33,912 bases of DNA, from NCBI GenBank assembly GCA_040384485.1, contig JAZKJH010000007.1, positions 1-33,912 on the forward strand. Direction: 5' to 3'. The first letter of the stretch is position 1, and each line of letters begins with the position of its first letter. Shown here one piece after another: positions 14,820 through 24,049 of this stretch. The notes beneath the pieces were generated by a model. The model saw only the letters and a program-made list of their open reading frames with translations, made no database searches and was not told where the DNA came from. Source of the DNA: Patescibacteria group bacterium (GTDB lineage Bacteria; Patescibacteriota; Minisyncoccia; Phycocordibacterales; DATDWN01). A program made the position numbers and the translations under genes.

Positions 14820-15521
14820 ATGAGAGAGATTGCAGGTGCTCTAATAGACGGTGTAGGAAGACTCATAACCGGACTAGCAATCCTAGCTTTGATTGCAGTA
14901 GTAGGATTAGTATCTGTGGGTACATACAGTTACTTTGAACTCAAAAATACCAAACAGGAGCTTCGGGAGCAACAACTCCTCAGATTGGTTGAGCCAGTCA
15001 TAATGCCTTTTGCATCTGACAATAAGCCTGGCCAATACATGTCGGACGTTAGTGATAAAATACTCTGGTTTTGTTACAACTTTGCCCACAGAACCCCCAC
15101 TGGATACTCAATTGTTAATTGCAAATTGGATCCTTCGATTGAATTATCCAGTCTGAATCAACATGTTGAGGAAACTGAGGATGACAGAGACATTTTTCAT
15201 GCACTCATCATGATCTTTCGAGGATACAATGAAAAATCCGTCAAAGGTGATGGTGGCTACAAAATTATCAACGAAATACTCAGTGGAAAAACCATCCACG
15301 TAACTGTGTATGGTTTTGAGTCAGGAGATGAAACTGTTCTGCCTTTACATCCCAATGAGCCTGGAAAAGGAGAAGGTATGGACAGCGAAAAATCTTACGA
15401 GAAAGCTGTGACCATGAGGTTTACCATCGAGATATCCTCAGAAACCTTGAAGTCAAGAGATGGCTCGGAAAGAATACCTCTTAGAAAATACAGCCAACCC
15501 ACTTTTGAATTTCATAAGTAA
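14820..15521 (+). CDS. Membrane-anchored hypothetical protein
   Basis: AAGGAG SD (14806-14811), N-terminal TM, short coiled coil, 233 aa. Confidence 0.75.
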   Translation: MREIAGALIDGVGRLITGLAILALIAVVGLVSVGTYSYFELKNTKQELREQQLLRLVEPVIMPFASDNKPGQYMSDVSDKILWFCYNFAHRTPTGYSIVNCKLDPSIELSSLNQHVEETEDDRDIFHALIMIFRGYNEKSVKGDGGYKIINEILSGKTIHVTVYGFESGDETVLPLHPNEPGKGEGMDSEKSYEKAVTMRFTIEISSETLKSRDGSERIPLRKYSQPTFEFHK

Positions 15522-15527
15522 ACAAAC

Positions 15528-15556
15528 GACCAGGGAGAAATCTCTGGTCATTTTTA
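15528..15556 (+). terminator. Intrinsic terminator
   Basis: GACCAGGGA-GAAA-TCTCTGGTC then ATTTTTA. Confidence 0.75.
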
Positions 15557-15675
15557 TTGCCAAAAAGGCTTTTTTATGTATACTTAGACCCAGTATTTAT
15601 TAACCCGTGAGGTGTCTAACCTTGCCCCGTCCGGATACTGTAGTTAGGGGTAAAAAATGTCTCACCATATACTAA
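15557..15675 (+). promoter_or_regulatory. rpsA promoter and structured 5' leader
   Basis: TTGCCA (15557-15562), 16 nt, TATACT (15579-15584); ~85-nt leader with several complementary segments. Confidence 0.55.
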
Positions 15676-16803
15676 ATGTCAACAGCAGTAATAGAAGAAG
15701 AAATAATCGACGAAGAAGTTAAGCCGAAAAAAGAAAGCTTGATGGATAAGGTTCTAGAAGCAACAACAACTCCTCCTGGGATTGATGATGTTATAGAAGG
15801 AAAGGTTTTAGGAATCGAGAAATCAGCTGTATATATAGATATACCTCCTTTTGGAACAGGTATCATATACGGTCGTGAGTACATCAACGCAAGAGACATC
15901 ATAAAGAAAATCAACATTGGAGACAGTGTTGCTGGAAAAGTCGTAAGTGTTGATAACAAAGACGGATATATCGAAATCTCTCTAAAAGAGGCTCGACAAG
16001 CTCTTATCTGGAGTGAAGCAGAGGACGCTATCCGAGACAAAAAAATATTTGAGTTGCCAGTTCAAGAAGCAAACAAAGGAGGACTTATTTTGGCATGGCA
16101 AGGCATCTCTGGATTCCTTCCAGCATCACAGTTGAAAACTGAACACTACCCAAGAGTTGCTGATGGCGACAAGGACAGAATTCTAGAAGAACTACGAAAA
16201 CTAGTTGGACAGAAAATCTCTGTTGCTATCATCGGTGTTTCTCCAAAAGAAGGTAAACTTATATTCTCTGAGAAAAATCCTGAGCAGAAAAACAAAGACT
16301 ACATAATAGACAAATACACTCTGAACGACGAAGTGACTGGTGAAGTTACAGGTATCGTGGACTTCGGTGTATTCGTAAAACTAGAAGACGGACTAGAAGG
16401 ACTTGTGCATATTTCTGAAATTGACTGGGCACTTGTTGAAAACCCTAAACTTTTGTTCCATGTCGGAGAAAAAGTTAAAGTAAAAATAATAGAAATCAAA
16501 GACGGTAAAATCTCTCTATCTATCAAGGCGTTGAAAGAAAACCCTTGGAAAGAAGCTGAGAAGAAATACAAGAAAGACGATGTTGTAGAGGGTGTTGTTA
16601 TTAAGTTCAACAAACACGGAGCTCTTGCAAGTATCGAGGAAGGTATTGCAGGACTTGTGCACATCTCTGAGTTCGGTAGTGACGAGAAACTACACAGTAC
16701 TCTAGAACTAGGTAAGAAATACAAGTTCAAGATAACTATGTTTGATGCAAAGGAACAGAAAATGACATTGTCATTCATGGATCCAAACAAAAAAGCAGAA
16801 TAA
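15676..16803 (+). CDS. rpsA: 30S ribosomal protein S1 (four S1 domains)
   Basis: Repeated S1 motifs: GFLPASQL, DFGVFV...EGLVHISEI, KISLSIK, AGLVHISEF. Confidence 0.93.
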   Translation: MSTAVIEEEIIDEEVKPKKESLMDKVLEATTTPPGIDDVIEGKVLGIEKSAVYIDIPPFGTGIIYGREYINARDIIKKINIGDSVAGKVVSVDNKDGYIEISLKEARQALIWSEAEDAIRDKKIFELPVQEANKGGLILAWQGISGFLPASQLKTEHYPRVADGDKDRILEELRKLVGQKISVAIIGVSPKEGKLIFSEKNPEQKNKDYIIDKYTLNDEVTGEVTGIVDFGVFVKLEDGLEGLVHISEIDWALVENPKLLFHVGEKVKVKIIEIKDGKISLSIKALKENPWKEAEKKYKKDDVVEGVVIKFNKHGALASIEEGIAGLVHISEFGSDEKLHSTLELGKKYKFKITMFDAKEQKMTLSFMDPNKKAE

Positions 16804-16805
16804 AA

Positions 16806-16837
16806 GAAAAAAGCGACTCCACACGGGGTCGCTTTTG
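16806..16837. terminator. Bidirectional terminator
   Basis: AAAAGCGACTCC-ACAC-GGGGTCGCTTTT between convergent genes. Confidence 0.85.
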
Positions 16838-17092
16838 TTATTGTCCTTCTGTTTTTGCAACTGGATCAAACGGCTGCCAAAAACGAAGTATCTCATCCAC
16901 CTTTGCTGCAGATGAATCCCAGCCAACACTACGAACTATGAGGCCGTTGTTCTCTAGGTATTTTATGGCCTCGAGAGTTTCTACCTCCGTCAGATTCAGC
17001 CTGACTGAAATCTTTACACCAGAAAGTGGTGTAGCAGCACTTTGCAAGCAATCGAGAACCTTGTTGGGATTGTCCGCTTTCACATCAGTCAT
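16838..17092 (-). CDS. Small winged-helix-like protein (84 aa)
   Basis: KVLDCLQ..PLS..ISVRLNL..TLEAIKYLENNGLIVR is a typical wHTH pattern; TAATG overlap with its upstream paralog. Confidence 0.7.
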   Translation of the reverse strand: MTDVKADNPNKVLDCLQSAATPLSGVKISVRLNLTEVETLEAIKYLENNGLIVRSVGWDSSAAKVDEILRFWQPFDPVAKTEGQ

Positions 17093-17325
17093 TATCTGTC
17101 ACCCTCTGGGACAACGTCCCAAACATGAAGAAGTTCGTTCTCCTCTACGTGTTTACCACGCCCAAACTCTTCTTCAACTGCACGACGAACAGCACCGACT
17201 GCATGAAGCATCCGTATCGCAGTCAGAAAATCTTTTTCACCCGTAAGAGTGTGGGCAATAATCTGACTACCATCAAGCGGACCGTTATGATACAGAACAT
17301 CTAGAATCCGGTTTTGAACACTCAT
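17092..17325 (-). CDS. Small winged-helix-like protein (77 aa)
   Basis: RILDVLYHNGPLDG...AIRMLHAVGAVRR; GAGGTG SD; alignable by eye with the downstream gene. Confidence 0.7.
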   Translation of the reverse strand: MSVQNRILDVLYHNGPLDGSQIIAHTLTGEKDFLTAIRMLHAVGAVRRAVEEEFGRGKHVEENELLHVWDVVPEGDR

Positions 17326-17344
17326 CTGAACACCTCTTGAAAGA

Positions 17345-17372
17345 ATACTACCGAATTATTTTAATTTGTCTA
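17345..17372 (-). promoter_or_regulatory. Sigma70-type promoter abutting the pth stop
   Basis: Minus-strand TAGACA (17367-17372) immediately after the pth TAA, 16 nt, TAGTAT (17345-17350). Confidence 0.55.
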
Positions 17373-17966
17373 TTATTTTGAGTTGAAAAAAGTAGTAGCC
17401 ATCGAGAGACCATCCGTGACAAAAACTTCCATAGTTTCAAGTAATGTTTTAGAAAGCTTCTTTAAGGCAAGGAGTTCCTCGTCTTTAAATTTACCTAGAA
17501 TAACTTTTGTAACCGCATCCTCCCCTTTTGGTTTTTTTATTTTTCCACTTGGAGTCTTTGGAGATATGCCCACACGTACCCGCGCAAACTTCTCTGTTTT
17601 AATAGCTTTTATTATAGACTCTACTCCTTTGTGTCCACCGGAAGACTTGTTGAAGGAAAGTTTGTTCGCACCAAAAGGTAGATCGAGTTCGTCGTATACA
17701 ACCATCATTTTCTCAGCAGATTTTAAACTGGTAATAAGTGGTTTAACACTTACGCCAGATTTGTTCATAAAAGTGTTTGGTAGAACAAAAACCACAGGAG
17801 ATTTACCTATTTTTAATTTTGCCACCTCAGCATTGAGTTTTTTGTCTTGTTTCCATTCAGCATCTAATGATTTTGCAATGTGAGTAAGCAAAATCCTCCC
17901 AGAGTTATGTCTTGTGTCCTTATATTCTTCACCTGGGTTACCCAAACCAACAAAAATATGTGCCAT
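17373..17966 (-). CDS. pth: Peptidyl-tRNA hydrolase
   Basis: VGLGNPG.EY..TRHN, PNTFMNKSG, VVYDELDLP, SGGHKG, RVRVGI. Confidence 0.96.
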   Translation of the reverse strand: MAHIFVGLGNPGEEYKDTRHNSGRILLTHIAKSLDAEWKQDKKLNAEVAKLKIGKSPVVFVLPNTFMNKSGVSVKPLITSLKSAEKMMVVYDELDLPFGANKLSFNKSSGGHKGVESIIKAIKTEKFARVRVGISPKTPSGKIKKPKGEDAVTKVILGKFKDEELLALKKLSKTLLETMEVFVTDGLSMATTFFNSK

Positions 17967-18073
17967 AAATACTAGTGTAGCAAAGTACAGCCCAAAACCA
18001 AATAATTAAAATAATATTAGAAATCCAGAAACCATTTTGTGTCAAGGGCTAGTCTAGTGTATAATGTGTCGAA

Positions 18074-18631
18074 ATGAATGAAGAAACCTCTCACAAAAGC
18101 TCTTTCAATCTAAAAGCTATATTTAAAGAAGTTCTTCTCTTTGCTGTGATAGCTGTGGGTATAGTACTACCATTTAGAGCTTATGTGGCTGAACCATATC
18201 TAGTGGATGGAAGATCAATGTTCCCTACTTTTAACACCGGAGACTACCTAATAGTAAAAAAATTTTGGAGTGAATCACACACTTTCGAGAGAAATTCAGT
18301 TATTGTATTCAAGTACCCTAACGACACATCAAAAAGCTTTATCAAGCGGGTAATAGGTCTTCCTGGTGAAAAAGTGTCTATAAGAAACGGGGTGGTTACT
18401 ATTATGAACTCAGAAAGTCCTGACGGAATAGTACTCGATGAACCTTTTGTAGAAAAATTTGCTAGCACTAATTATGAAGTAGAACTAAGTGGTGATGAAT
18501 ATTTTGTTATGGGAGACAACAGACTCGAAAGCTTTGATTCTAGATCTTGGGGACCTTTGAAAAAAAGTTACATTCTAGGAAAGCCGTTTGTTCAGCTATT
18601 GCCTATAAGTAAAATACAAATTCTAAAATAA
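18074..18631 (+). CDS. lepB: Signal peptidase I
   Basis: TM then GRSMFPT (catalytic Ser), FIKRVIGLPGE (Lys), GDNR..SFDSRSWG. Confidence 0.95.
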   Translation: MNEETSHKSSFNLKAIFKEVLLFAVIAVGIVLPFRAYVAEPYLVDGRSMFPTFNTGDYLIVKKFWSESHTFERNSVIVFKYPNDTSKSFIKRVIGLPGEKVSIRNGVVTIMNSESPDGIVLDEPFVEKFASTNYEVELSGDEYFVMGDNRLESFDSRSWGPLKKSYILGKPFVQLLPISKIQILK

Positions 18632-18633
18632 AT

Positions 18634-19869
18634 ATGAAAAACAAAACCACTCCAAAAAAGAAAAAACAAAAGGTAGAGCAAGTAGAAAGTCATATTGAGA
18701 CTATTACTGACGCTGTGGGTGAAATAGCAACTCACTATGGTTTTACCGTAATCAAACCCCCCCATATTAAAAACGATGACATCGCGAAAGCAAAACAGTG
18801 GAAGGACCACGACCATTACAACGACACAGAAGAAAAAATAGCTCTTACAAGATGGTTTATGGAGAGAGGAAAAGAAATGGACTCACTGCCAGCCGCCGTC
18901 CACTACAAAAAGAACCTGAAGGGTCTTAACAAAAAAGGTTCTTCTGAAATATACGGTTTCGAAATCCTGGGCTCACCTAGGGCTACCAGTGAAGCTCTTC
19001 TGTTGAAGTGTGCTTTGTCTGTACTTGATGAGTTGGGTTACAAAGATGTGTATGTTGATGTAAATAGTATTGGTGACAAAGAGTCTATGGGAAAATTTGA
19101 AAGAGAGCTTTCGGTTCACTTCAAAAAACACCATCATGCTTTGCCTGTAAAATGGAAGGAGGCATTTAGAAAGAACCACCACAGCGTGCTGTTGAAAAAC
19201 CACCCGGACATAAAAGAGTTCATGGTGAATGCCCCTCAATCCATAGGCTCTCTTTCTGAGACTGCCAGGCTTCACTTCAAAGAAGTTCTGGAGAGTGTAG
19301 AAGCTTTTGAGGCAGTATACAAAATTAAATCCAACATTTTCTCGAACAAACATTTTGCTTCATACACAGTTTTTGAGATACGACAAAACCCAGATAAAAA
19401 AAGTACAGAAACAGAAGGTGAACTTTTGGCATATGGTTACCGCTACAACAATCTAGCTAAAAAAATAGGAGGCAAAAAAGACCTGCCGACAGTAGGACTG
19501 ACTATCATAGTAAAAAAGAATAAGATAACCAACAAGAAAATCCCAGTTAACAAAATAAAGAAACCGAAATTCTACTTGGTCCAGCTTGGAAACTTTGCCA
19601 AACTAAAAGCTTTGAACGTGCTAGAGATGCTACGTCAGCACAAAATTCCGGTATATCACTCCATCACCAAGGACAAGATTGGTGGTCAGTTAAACGGTGC
19701 TGAGTACATGAAAGCGAGCCATGTGCTCATAATTGGACAAAAAGAAGCCATCGAAAACACTGTTGTTGTCCGGGACATAAACAACCGAGAGCAGGAAACG
19801 GTGGCAGTCAAAAACTTGTCAGAATTCCTTAAAAATATAGACAAAAACAAGAAGGACTTGAAAAAATAA
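18634..19869 (+). CDS. Histidyl-tRNA synthetase-like protein with degenerate catalytic motifs
   Basis: YGFTVIKPP (motif 1-like), GFEILGS, VNSIGD, GYRYNNL in place of GGRYDxL, and an intact-looking C-terminal anticodon-binding domain (LIIGQKE...VVRD...QETV); the motif 2 R-x-E-R-P-Q-x-G-R and RGLDYY are missing. Confidence 0.75.
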   Translation: MKNKTTPKKKKQKVEQVESHIETITDAVGEIATHYGFTVIKPPHIKNDDIAKAKQWKDHDHYNDTEEKIALTRWFMERGKEMDSLPAAVHYKKNLKGLNKKGSSEIYGFEILGSPRATSEALLLKCALSVLDELGYKDVYVDVNSIGDKESMGKFERELSVHFKKHHHALPVKWKEAFRKNHHSVLLKNHPDIKEFMVNAPQSIGSLSETARLHFKEVLESVEAFEAVYKIKSNIFSNKHFASYTVFEIRQNPDKKSTETEGELLAYGYRYNNLAKKIGGKKDLPTVGLTIIVKKNKITNKKIPVNKIKKPKFYLVQLGNFAKLKALNVLEMLRQHKIPVYHSITKDKIGGQLNGAEYMKASHVLIIGQKEAIENTVVVRDINNREQETVAVKNLSEFLKNIDKNKKDLKK

Positions 19870-19893
19870 GCCAAATATGTTAAGCTTTCCCTT

Positions 19894-20136
19894 ATGATAA
19901 ACGCAGAAGTAACAAAGACAGGTAACGAAAACAGCCTAAACCTTATCCGCCGATTTACAAAAAAAGTCCAAGGATCAGGTGTTTTGCCTCGTGTTAGAAG
20001 CCTTAGATACGCTACTCGAAAAGCCTCAGAATACGTAAAAAAGAAAAAAACTCTTAAGGTACTAAAAAGAAGAGAAGAAGTTGCAGATATGATTAAAATG
20101 GGAAAGATGAATGAGTACACAAGAGGTAAAAAATAA
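19894..20136 (+). CDS. rpsU: 30S ribosomal protein S21 (bS21-like)
   Basis: Highly basic 80 aa: EV....ENS.NLIRRFTKKVQGSGVL...R..RY..K.S; adjacent to ybeY. Confidence 0.75.
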   Translation: MINAEVTKTGNENSLNLIRRFTKKVQGSGVLPRVRSLRYATRKASEYVKKKKTLKVLKRREEVADMIKMGKMNEYTRGKK

Positions 20137-20139
20137 TCA

Positions 20140-20526
20140 ATGCATACAGAGAGTCTCAGTATCACCAACAAAACAAAAAGCACGCTACCACGCGTGCCTT
20201 TTGCTAAAATAAAAAACGCCATCTTAGGAGAAAAGTATGAACTCTCTCTTGTCTTCATCGGAGAAACAACTTCAAAAAAACTGAACAACAATTATCGAGA
20301 GAAAAATAAACCGACCAACATCCTTAGTTTTACAGTAGACAAAAACTCAGGGGAAATATTTATAACTCCGAGTGTGGCCAAAAAGCAATACAAATCTTTT
20401 GAAAAAAGGTATGATGAATTCATAGCATTTCTATTTATCCACGGATTACTACATTTGAAAGGAATGGAACATGGTAGTAAAATGGAAAGAGCTGAAGAAA
20501 AATGGTGTAAAGTTTTCAAGATATAG
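20140..20526 (+). CDS. ybeY: rRNA maturation endoribonuclease YbeY
   Basis: LNNNYREKNKPTNILSF, GEIFI, HGLLHLKGMEH zinc motif. Confidence 0.95.
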   Translation: MHTESLSITNKTKSTLPRVPFAKIKNAILGEKYELSLVFIGETTSKKLNNNYREKNKPTNILSFTVDKNSGEIFITPSVAKKQYKSFEKRYDEFIAFLFIHGLLHLKGMEHGSKMERAEEKWCKVFKI

Positions 20527-20555
20527 TCTTTTGTCGAGCAAAATGACAGACACCT

Positions 20556-20577
20556 CTCCTATTACAAATAGGAGTTT
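20556..20577 (+). terminator. Possible terminator after ybeY
   Basis: CTCCTATT-ACA-AATAGGAG then TTT. Confidence 0.45.
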
Positions 20578-20595
20578 AGCTATTTTTTATACATA

Positions 20596-21774
20596 ATGAT
20601 GCGCCATACTTCAGTTGGAATAGACATCGGAACACGCCAAATAAAAGTGGTAGTTTTGGAGTTTACCAAAACCAATACAAAAACTGTCCCGAAAATAATC
20701 GGTCTCGGACTTTCTGAAGCAAAGGGCCTAAAAAACGGATACATAATAAACAACGAAGAAGCTGTTGAAAGCATACGAAATGCAGTCAAAATGGCCGAGA
20801 AAAATTCAGGCATAAAAATCAACAAATGTTTTCTAGGAGTTGGTGGCATAGGAATATCCAGTGCAACAGGTACTGCAAGTATCATGACAAGCAGAGCTGA
20901 CTCTCAAATAACTGAGCTAGATATAGACAACCTAACAAAGTTATGCGAAGAAAGTCTCCCAGATAGTCTTTCCCAAAACTATAGAGTAATAAACACCGTC
21001 CCCTTGTCTTACAAAATTGACGGAAAAGTTCTTTTGGCCAAAAGTCCGATAGATATGAAAGGCACAAAACTAGAGGTAAAAATGCTATTTGTGGCATGCC
21101 TTGAACCTCATATAAACGACCTTATGGAGGCTGTGGATGGCGCTGGAGTGTATGTAACAGATGTTATGGCCTCTCCAATAGCAAGTTCTATTTCTACCCT
21201 AACAAAGGCCCATAAAACAGCTGGCTGTGCCTTAGTAAACATAGGTGCTGAGACTGTGTCACTGTGTGTATTCGAAAACAATATCCCAGTCTCGATGGAA
21301 GTATTTCCTATTGGTGGTGAAGACATCACTCGTGACATCGCTCTAGGTTTTAAAATATCTCTGGAGGAAGCAGAGGCTATAAAAACTGGAAAAACTGTAG
21401 GTGTTTCTTTCTCAAAAAAGAAACTGGAAGAAATAATTTCTGCTAGACTTTCAGATATTTTTGAACTCATTGAAGGTCACTTGAAAAAAATAGGAAGGAA
21501 CCACTTGTTACCAGCTGGAATTTTTATTACCGGTGGAACAGCTAGCATTCATTACATTGAAGAATTATCAAAAGATTTATTGAAACTTCCATCCCGTGTA
21601 GCCCTTATAAACATTGACGGACAAAACCCTGTAAAAGAGCCTTTGTGGACTGTGGCTTACGGACTAGCTATGATTGGTGGATTTAAAGACGTTTCTACTC
21701 AGTTGGGATTTAAACCTACAATAATCAAACTCAAAGGAACAATGAAAACTTGGCTTTCTCAGTTTCTGCCATAA
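20596..21774 (+). CDS. ftsA: Cell division protein FtsA
   Basis: GIDIGT, GLKNGYI, LVNIGAET, IGGEDITRDI, EAEAIK, LPAGIFITGG; directly upstream of ftsZ. Confidence 0.95.
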   Translation: MMRHTSVGIDIGTRQIKVVVLEFTKTNTKTVPKIIGLGLSEAKGLKNGYIINNEEAVESIRNAVKMAEKNSGIKINKCFLGVGGIGISSATGTASIMTSRADSQITELDIDNLTKLCEESLPDSLSQNYRVINTVPLSYKIDGKVLLAKSPIDMKGTKLEVKMLFVACLEPHINDLMEAVDGAGVYVTDVMASPIASSISTLTKAHKTAGCALVNIGAETVSLCVFENNIPVSMEVFPIGGEDITRDIALGFKISLEEAEAIKTGKTVGVSFSKKKLEEIISARLSDIFELIEGHLKKIGRNHLLPAGIFITGGTASIHYIEELSKDLLKLPSRVALINIDGQNPVKEPLWTVAYGLAMIGGFKDVSTQLGFKPTIIKLKGTMKTWLSQFLP

Positions 21775-21889
21775 GTTTCTCTTTTTGCAAAGAAAATTAG
21801 GCATATTATCCCCCCTTGGGTCAATATGTTTTCATTTGATTCCTTTGTGATATTATAGCCTTACTAGCAAGATTAACGGATACAACATT

Positions 21890-23035
21890 ATGCCTCAAAT
21901 TAAACCAGACGTAGAAGCTTTCGCAAGAATAAAAGTCCTTGGTGTTGGTGGTTCAGGAAAAAACGCCTTAAACCATATGATAAACTCGAAGGTAAAAGGA
22001 GTTGATTTTATCGCGGTTAACACAGACTCTCAGGACCTCCACCATTCTCTATCTAAAAAGAAAATCCACATTGGAAAAAACCTAACTCGAGGACTCGGTG
22101 CAGGTATGAATCCAGAACTAGGTAAACGAGCAGTTGAAGAAACAAAAGAGGAAATTCAAGAAGCTCTAAAAGGGGCTGACATGGTTTTTATCACATGTGG
22201 ACTTGGGGGTGGAACTGGAACAGGTGCTGCTCCTATTGTAGCTAGAATCGCCAAAGAAATGGGTGCTCTTACTGTTGGTGTAGTCACAAAACCATTTTTC
22301 TTTGAAGGTCAACAAAGAATGCGTTTGGCCGAAGGAGGACTAGATGATCTACGACAAGCAGTAGACGCTATTATTGTTATCCCGAACGACAGACTACTTT
22401 CTACTATCAGCAAAGAAACTACAGCAAAAAGCGCGTTCGCTATTTGTGACGATGTATTGAAATCAGCTGTAGAAGGAATTTCAGACCTTATTACAACTCC
22501 GGGTATCATCAACATCGACTTCGCAGATATCAAGGCAGTCATGGAAAATGCTGGTTCAGCACTTATGGGTATCGGTATTGCAACTGGTGAGAAGCGTGCA
22601 GAAGAAGCAGCAAAAATGGCCATCAACTCACCTCTTTTGGAAGTCTCAATAAACGGAGCAAAGGGTGTATTGTTCTCTATCGCTGGTGGGGACGACCTAG
22701 GAATGTTCGAAATACAAGACGCTGCGAAAATAATTACAGAATCAGTTGATCCAAATGCTAAAATTATTTTCGGAACAGTAAAAGACGAAAAACTAAAAAA
22801 AGGAGAAGTGAAAGTTACTGTTATTGCTTCAAACTTCCCAGAAAACTACAATAAAAAAACTCTTTTCCAAACTGTTAAACCAGAAACGACCCGAGAAGAA
22901 ACTACTGCTGCTCCAGAGAAGGCTATCTACAATGTAATGCCAGCTGAAGAGGCAAAACCTACAGAAGACCTTGGAGACGATGAGGATGATTGGGGTGCAG
23001 TGCCAGCATTTCTAAGACGTTCAAAACTAAAATAA
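21890..23035 (+). CDS. ftsZ: Cell division protein FtsZ
   Basis: [20 protein letters not shown] tubulin signature, INIDFAD, C-terminal VPAFLRR. Confidence 0.99.
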   Translation: MPQIKPDVEAFARIKVLGVGGSGKNALNHMINSKVKGVDFIAVNTDSQDLHHSLSKKKIHIGKNLTRGLGAGMNPELGKRAVEETKEEIQEALKGADMVFITCGLGGGTGTGAAPIVARIAKEMGALTVGVVTKPFFFEGQQRMRLAEGGLDDLRQAVDAIIVIPNDRLLSTISKETTAKSAFAICDDVLKSAVEGISDLITTPGIINIDFADIKAVMENAGSALMGIGIATGEKRAEEAAKMAINSPLLEVSINGAKGVLFSIAGGDDLGMFEIQDAAKIITESVDPNAKIIFGTVKDEKLKKGEVKVTVIASNFPENYNKKTLFQTVKPETTREETTAAPEKAIYNVMPAEEAKPTEDLGDDEDDWGAVPAFLRRSKLK

Positions 23036-23041
23036 ACTTTC

Positions 23042-23070
23042 AAAAACCTCCTTATGGAGGTTTTTTGTTT
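23042..23070 (+). terminator. Intrinsic terminator after ftsZ
   Basis: AAAAACCTCC-TTAT-GGAGGTTTTT. Confidence 0.85.
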
Positions 23071-23102
23071 TGAGCCACGAATTCTGATATAATCTTTAAA
23101 CT

Positions 23103-24026
23103 ATGTTATATGATTTAATTATTGTAGGTGGTGGACCTGGAGGTGTATCCGCTGGAGTATACGCAGCAAGAAAGAAATTAAAAACACTATTAATAACTCC
23201 GGAATTTGGAGGACAGAGTATCGTAAGTGACGGTATAGAAAACTGGATAGGCACTGTAAAACTAAGTGGACAAGAACTTGCTCAAAACCTTAAAAACCAC
23301 TTGTTAGCATACGCTGGTGAATCTGTGGTGGTAAAAGAAGGAGAATATGTAAACAATATTACAAAATCAGAGGAAGTTTTCACTGTGACCACAAACGATG
23401 CCTCGTATCAGTCCAAAACTGTACTCATTGCAACTGGAAGCACTCGACGCAAACTAGAAGTTCCTGGAGCAGAAGAGTTCGACAACAAAGGGCTGACTTA
23501 TTGTGCCTCATGCGATGGCCCTCTTTTTGCAGACCAAGATGTTGTTGTTATTGGTGGAGGAAACGCCGCTTTCGAATCAGCCGCTCAACTTCTCGCATAC
23601 TGTAAAAGTGTTACCTTACTAAATAGAACAGATAAATTTAGAGCGGATGAAGTTACCGTAGAAAAACTAAAACAAAATCCTAAATTTAAAATTGTACTTA
23701 ATGCAGAACCGATTGAAATCAAGGGTGACAAATTTGCATCAGGTCTAGTATATAAAAATACACAGACTGCAGAAACTACAGAAATCTCAGCTCCCGGAAT
23801 ATTCGTAGAGATAGGGTTAATCCCAACAACTAGCTTCGCCAAGGATTTAGTTAAACTAAACACTATCGGACAAATACCAGTAAACCCTAGAAACCAGCAA
23901 ACTGAAATCCCTGGTTTATGGGCAGCTGGAGACTGTACAGACGGACTATACCATCAAAACAACATTGCCTCAGGAGACGCCGTAAAAGCCTTAGAGGACA
24001 TCTATGTAGAACTCCACACCAAGTAA
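23103..24026 (+). CDS. trxB: Thioredoxin reductase (TrxB/AhpF-core-like FAD oxidoreductase)
   Basis: GGGPGG FAD motif, YCASCDG redox CxxC, IGGGNAA NADPH motif, AAGDCT. Confidence 0.88.
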   Translation: MLYDLIIVGGGPGGVSAGVYAARKKLKTLLITPEFGGQSIVSDGIENWIGTVKLSGQELAQNLKNHLLAYAGESVVVKEGEYVNNITKSEEVFTVTTNDASYQSKTVLIATGSTRRKLEVPGAEEFDNKGLTYCASCDGPLFADQDVVVIGGGNAAFESAAQLLAYCKSVTLLNRTDKFRADEVTVEKLKQNPKFKIVLNAEPIEIKGDKFASGLVYKNTQTAETTEISAPGIFVEIGLIPTTSFAKDLVKLNTIGQIPVNPRNQQTEIPGLWAAGDCTDGLYHQNNIASGDAVKALEDIYVELHTK

Positions 24027-24049
24027 ATTGAATACCCGAACTCCATTTT

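Noticed and set aside
18634-19869. Calling this gene hisS, hisZ or a pseudogene
   Set aside because: Catalytic motifs are missing for hisS, the anticodon domain is present unlike HisZ, and the frame is intact at full length.
21805-21817. TTATCCCCC upstream of ftsZ as a DnaA box or a phase-variable C tract
   Set aside because: Two mismatches to TTATCCACA and only a short C run; insufficient support.
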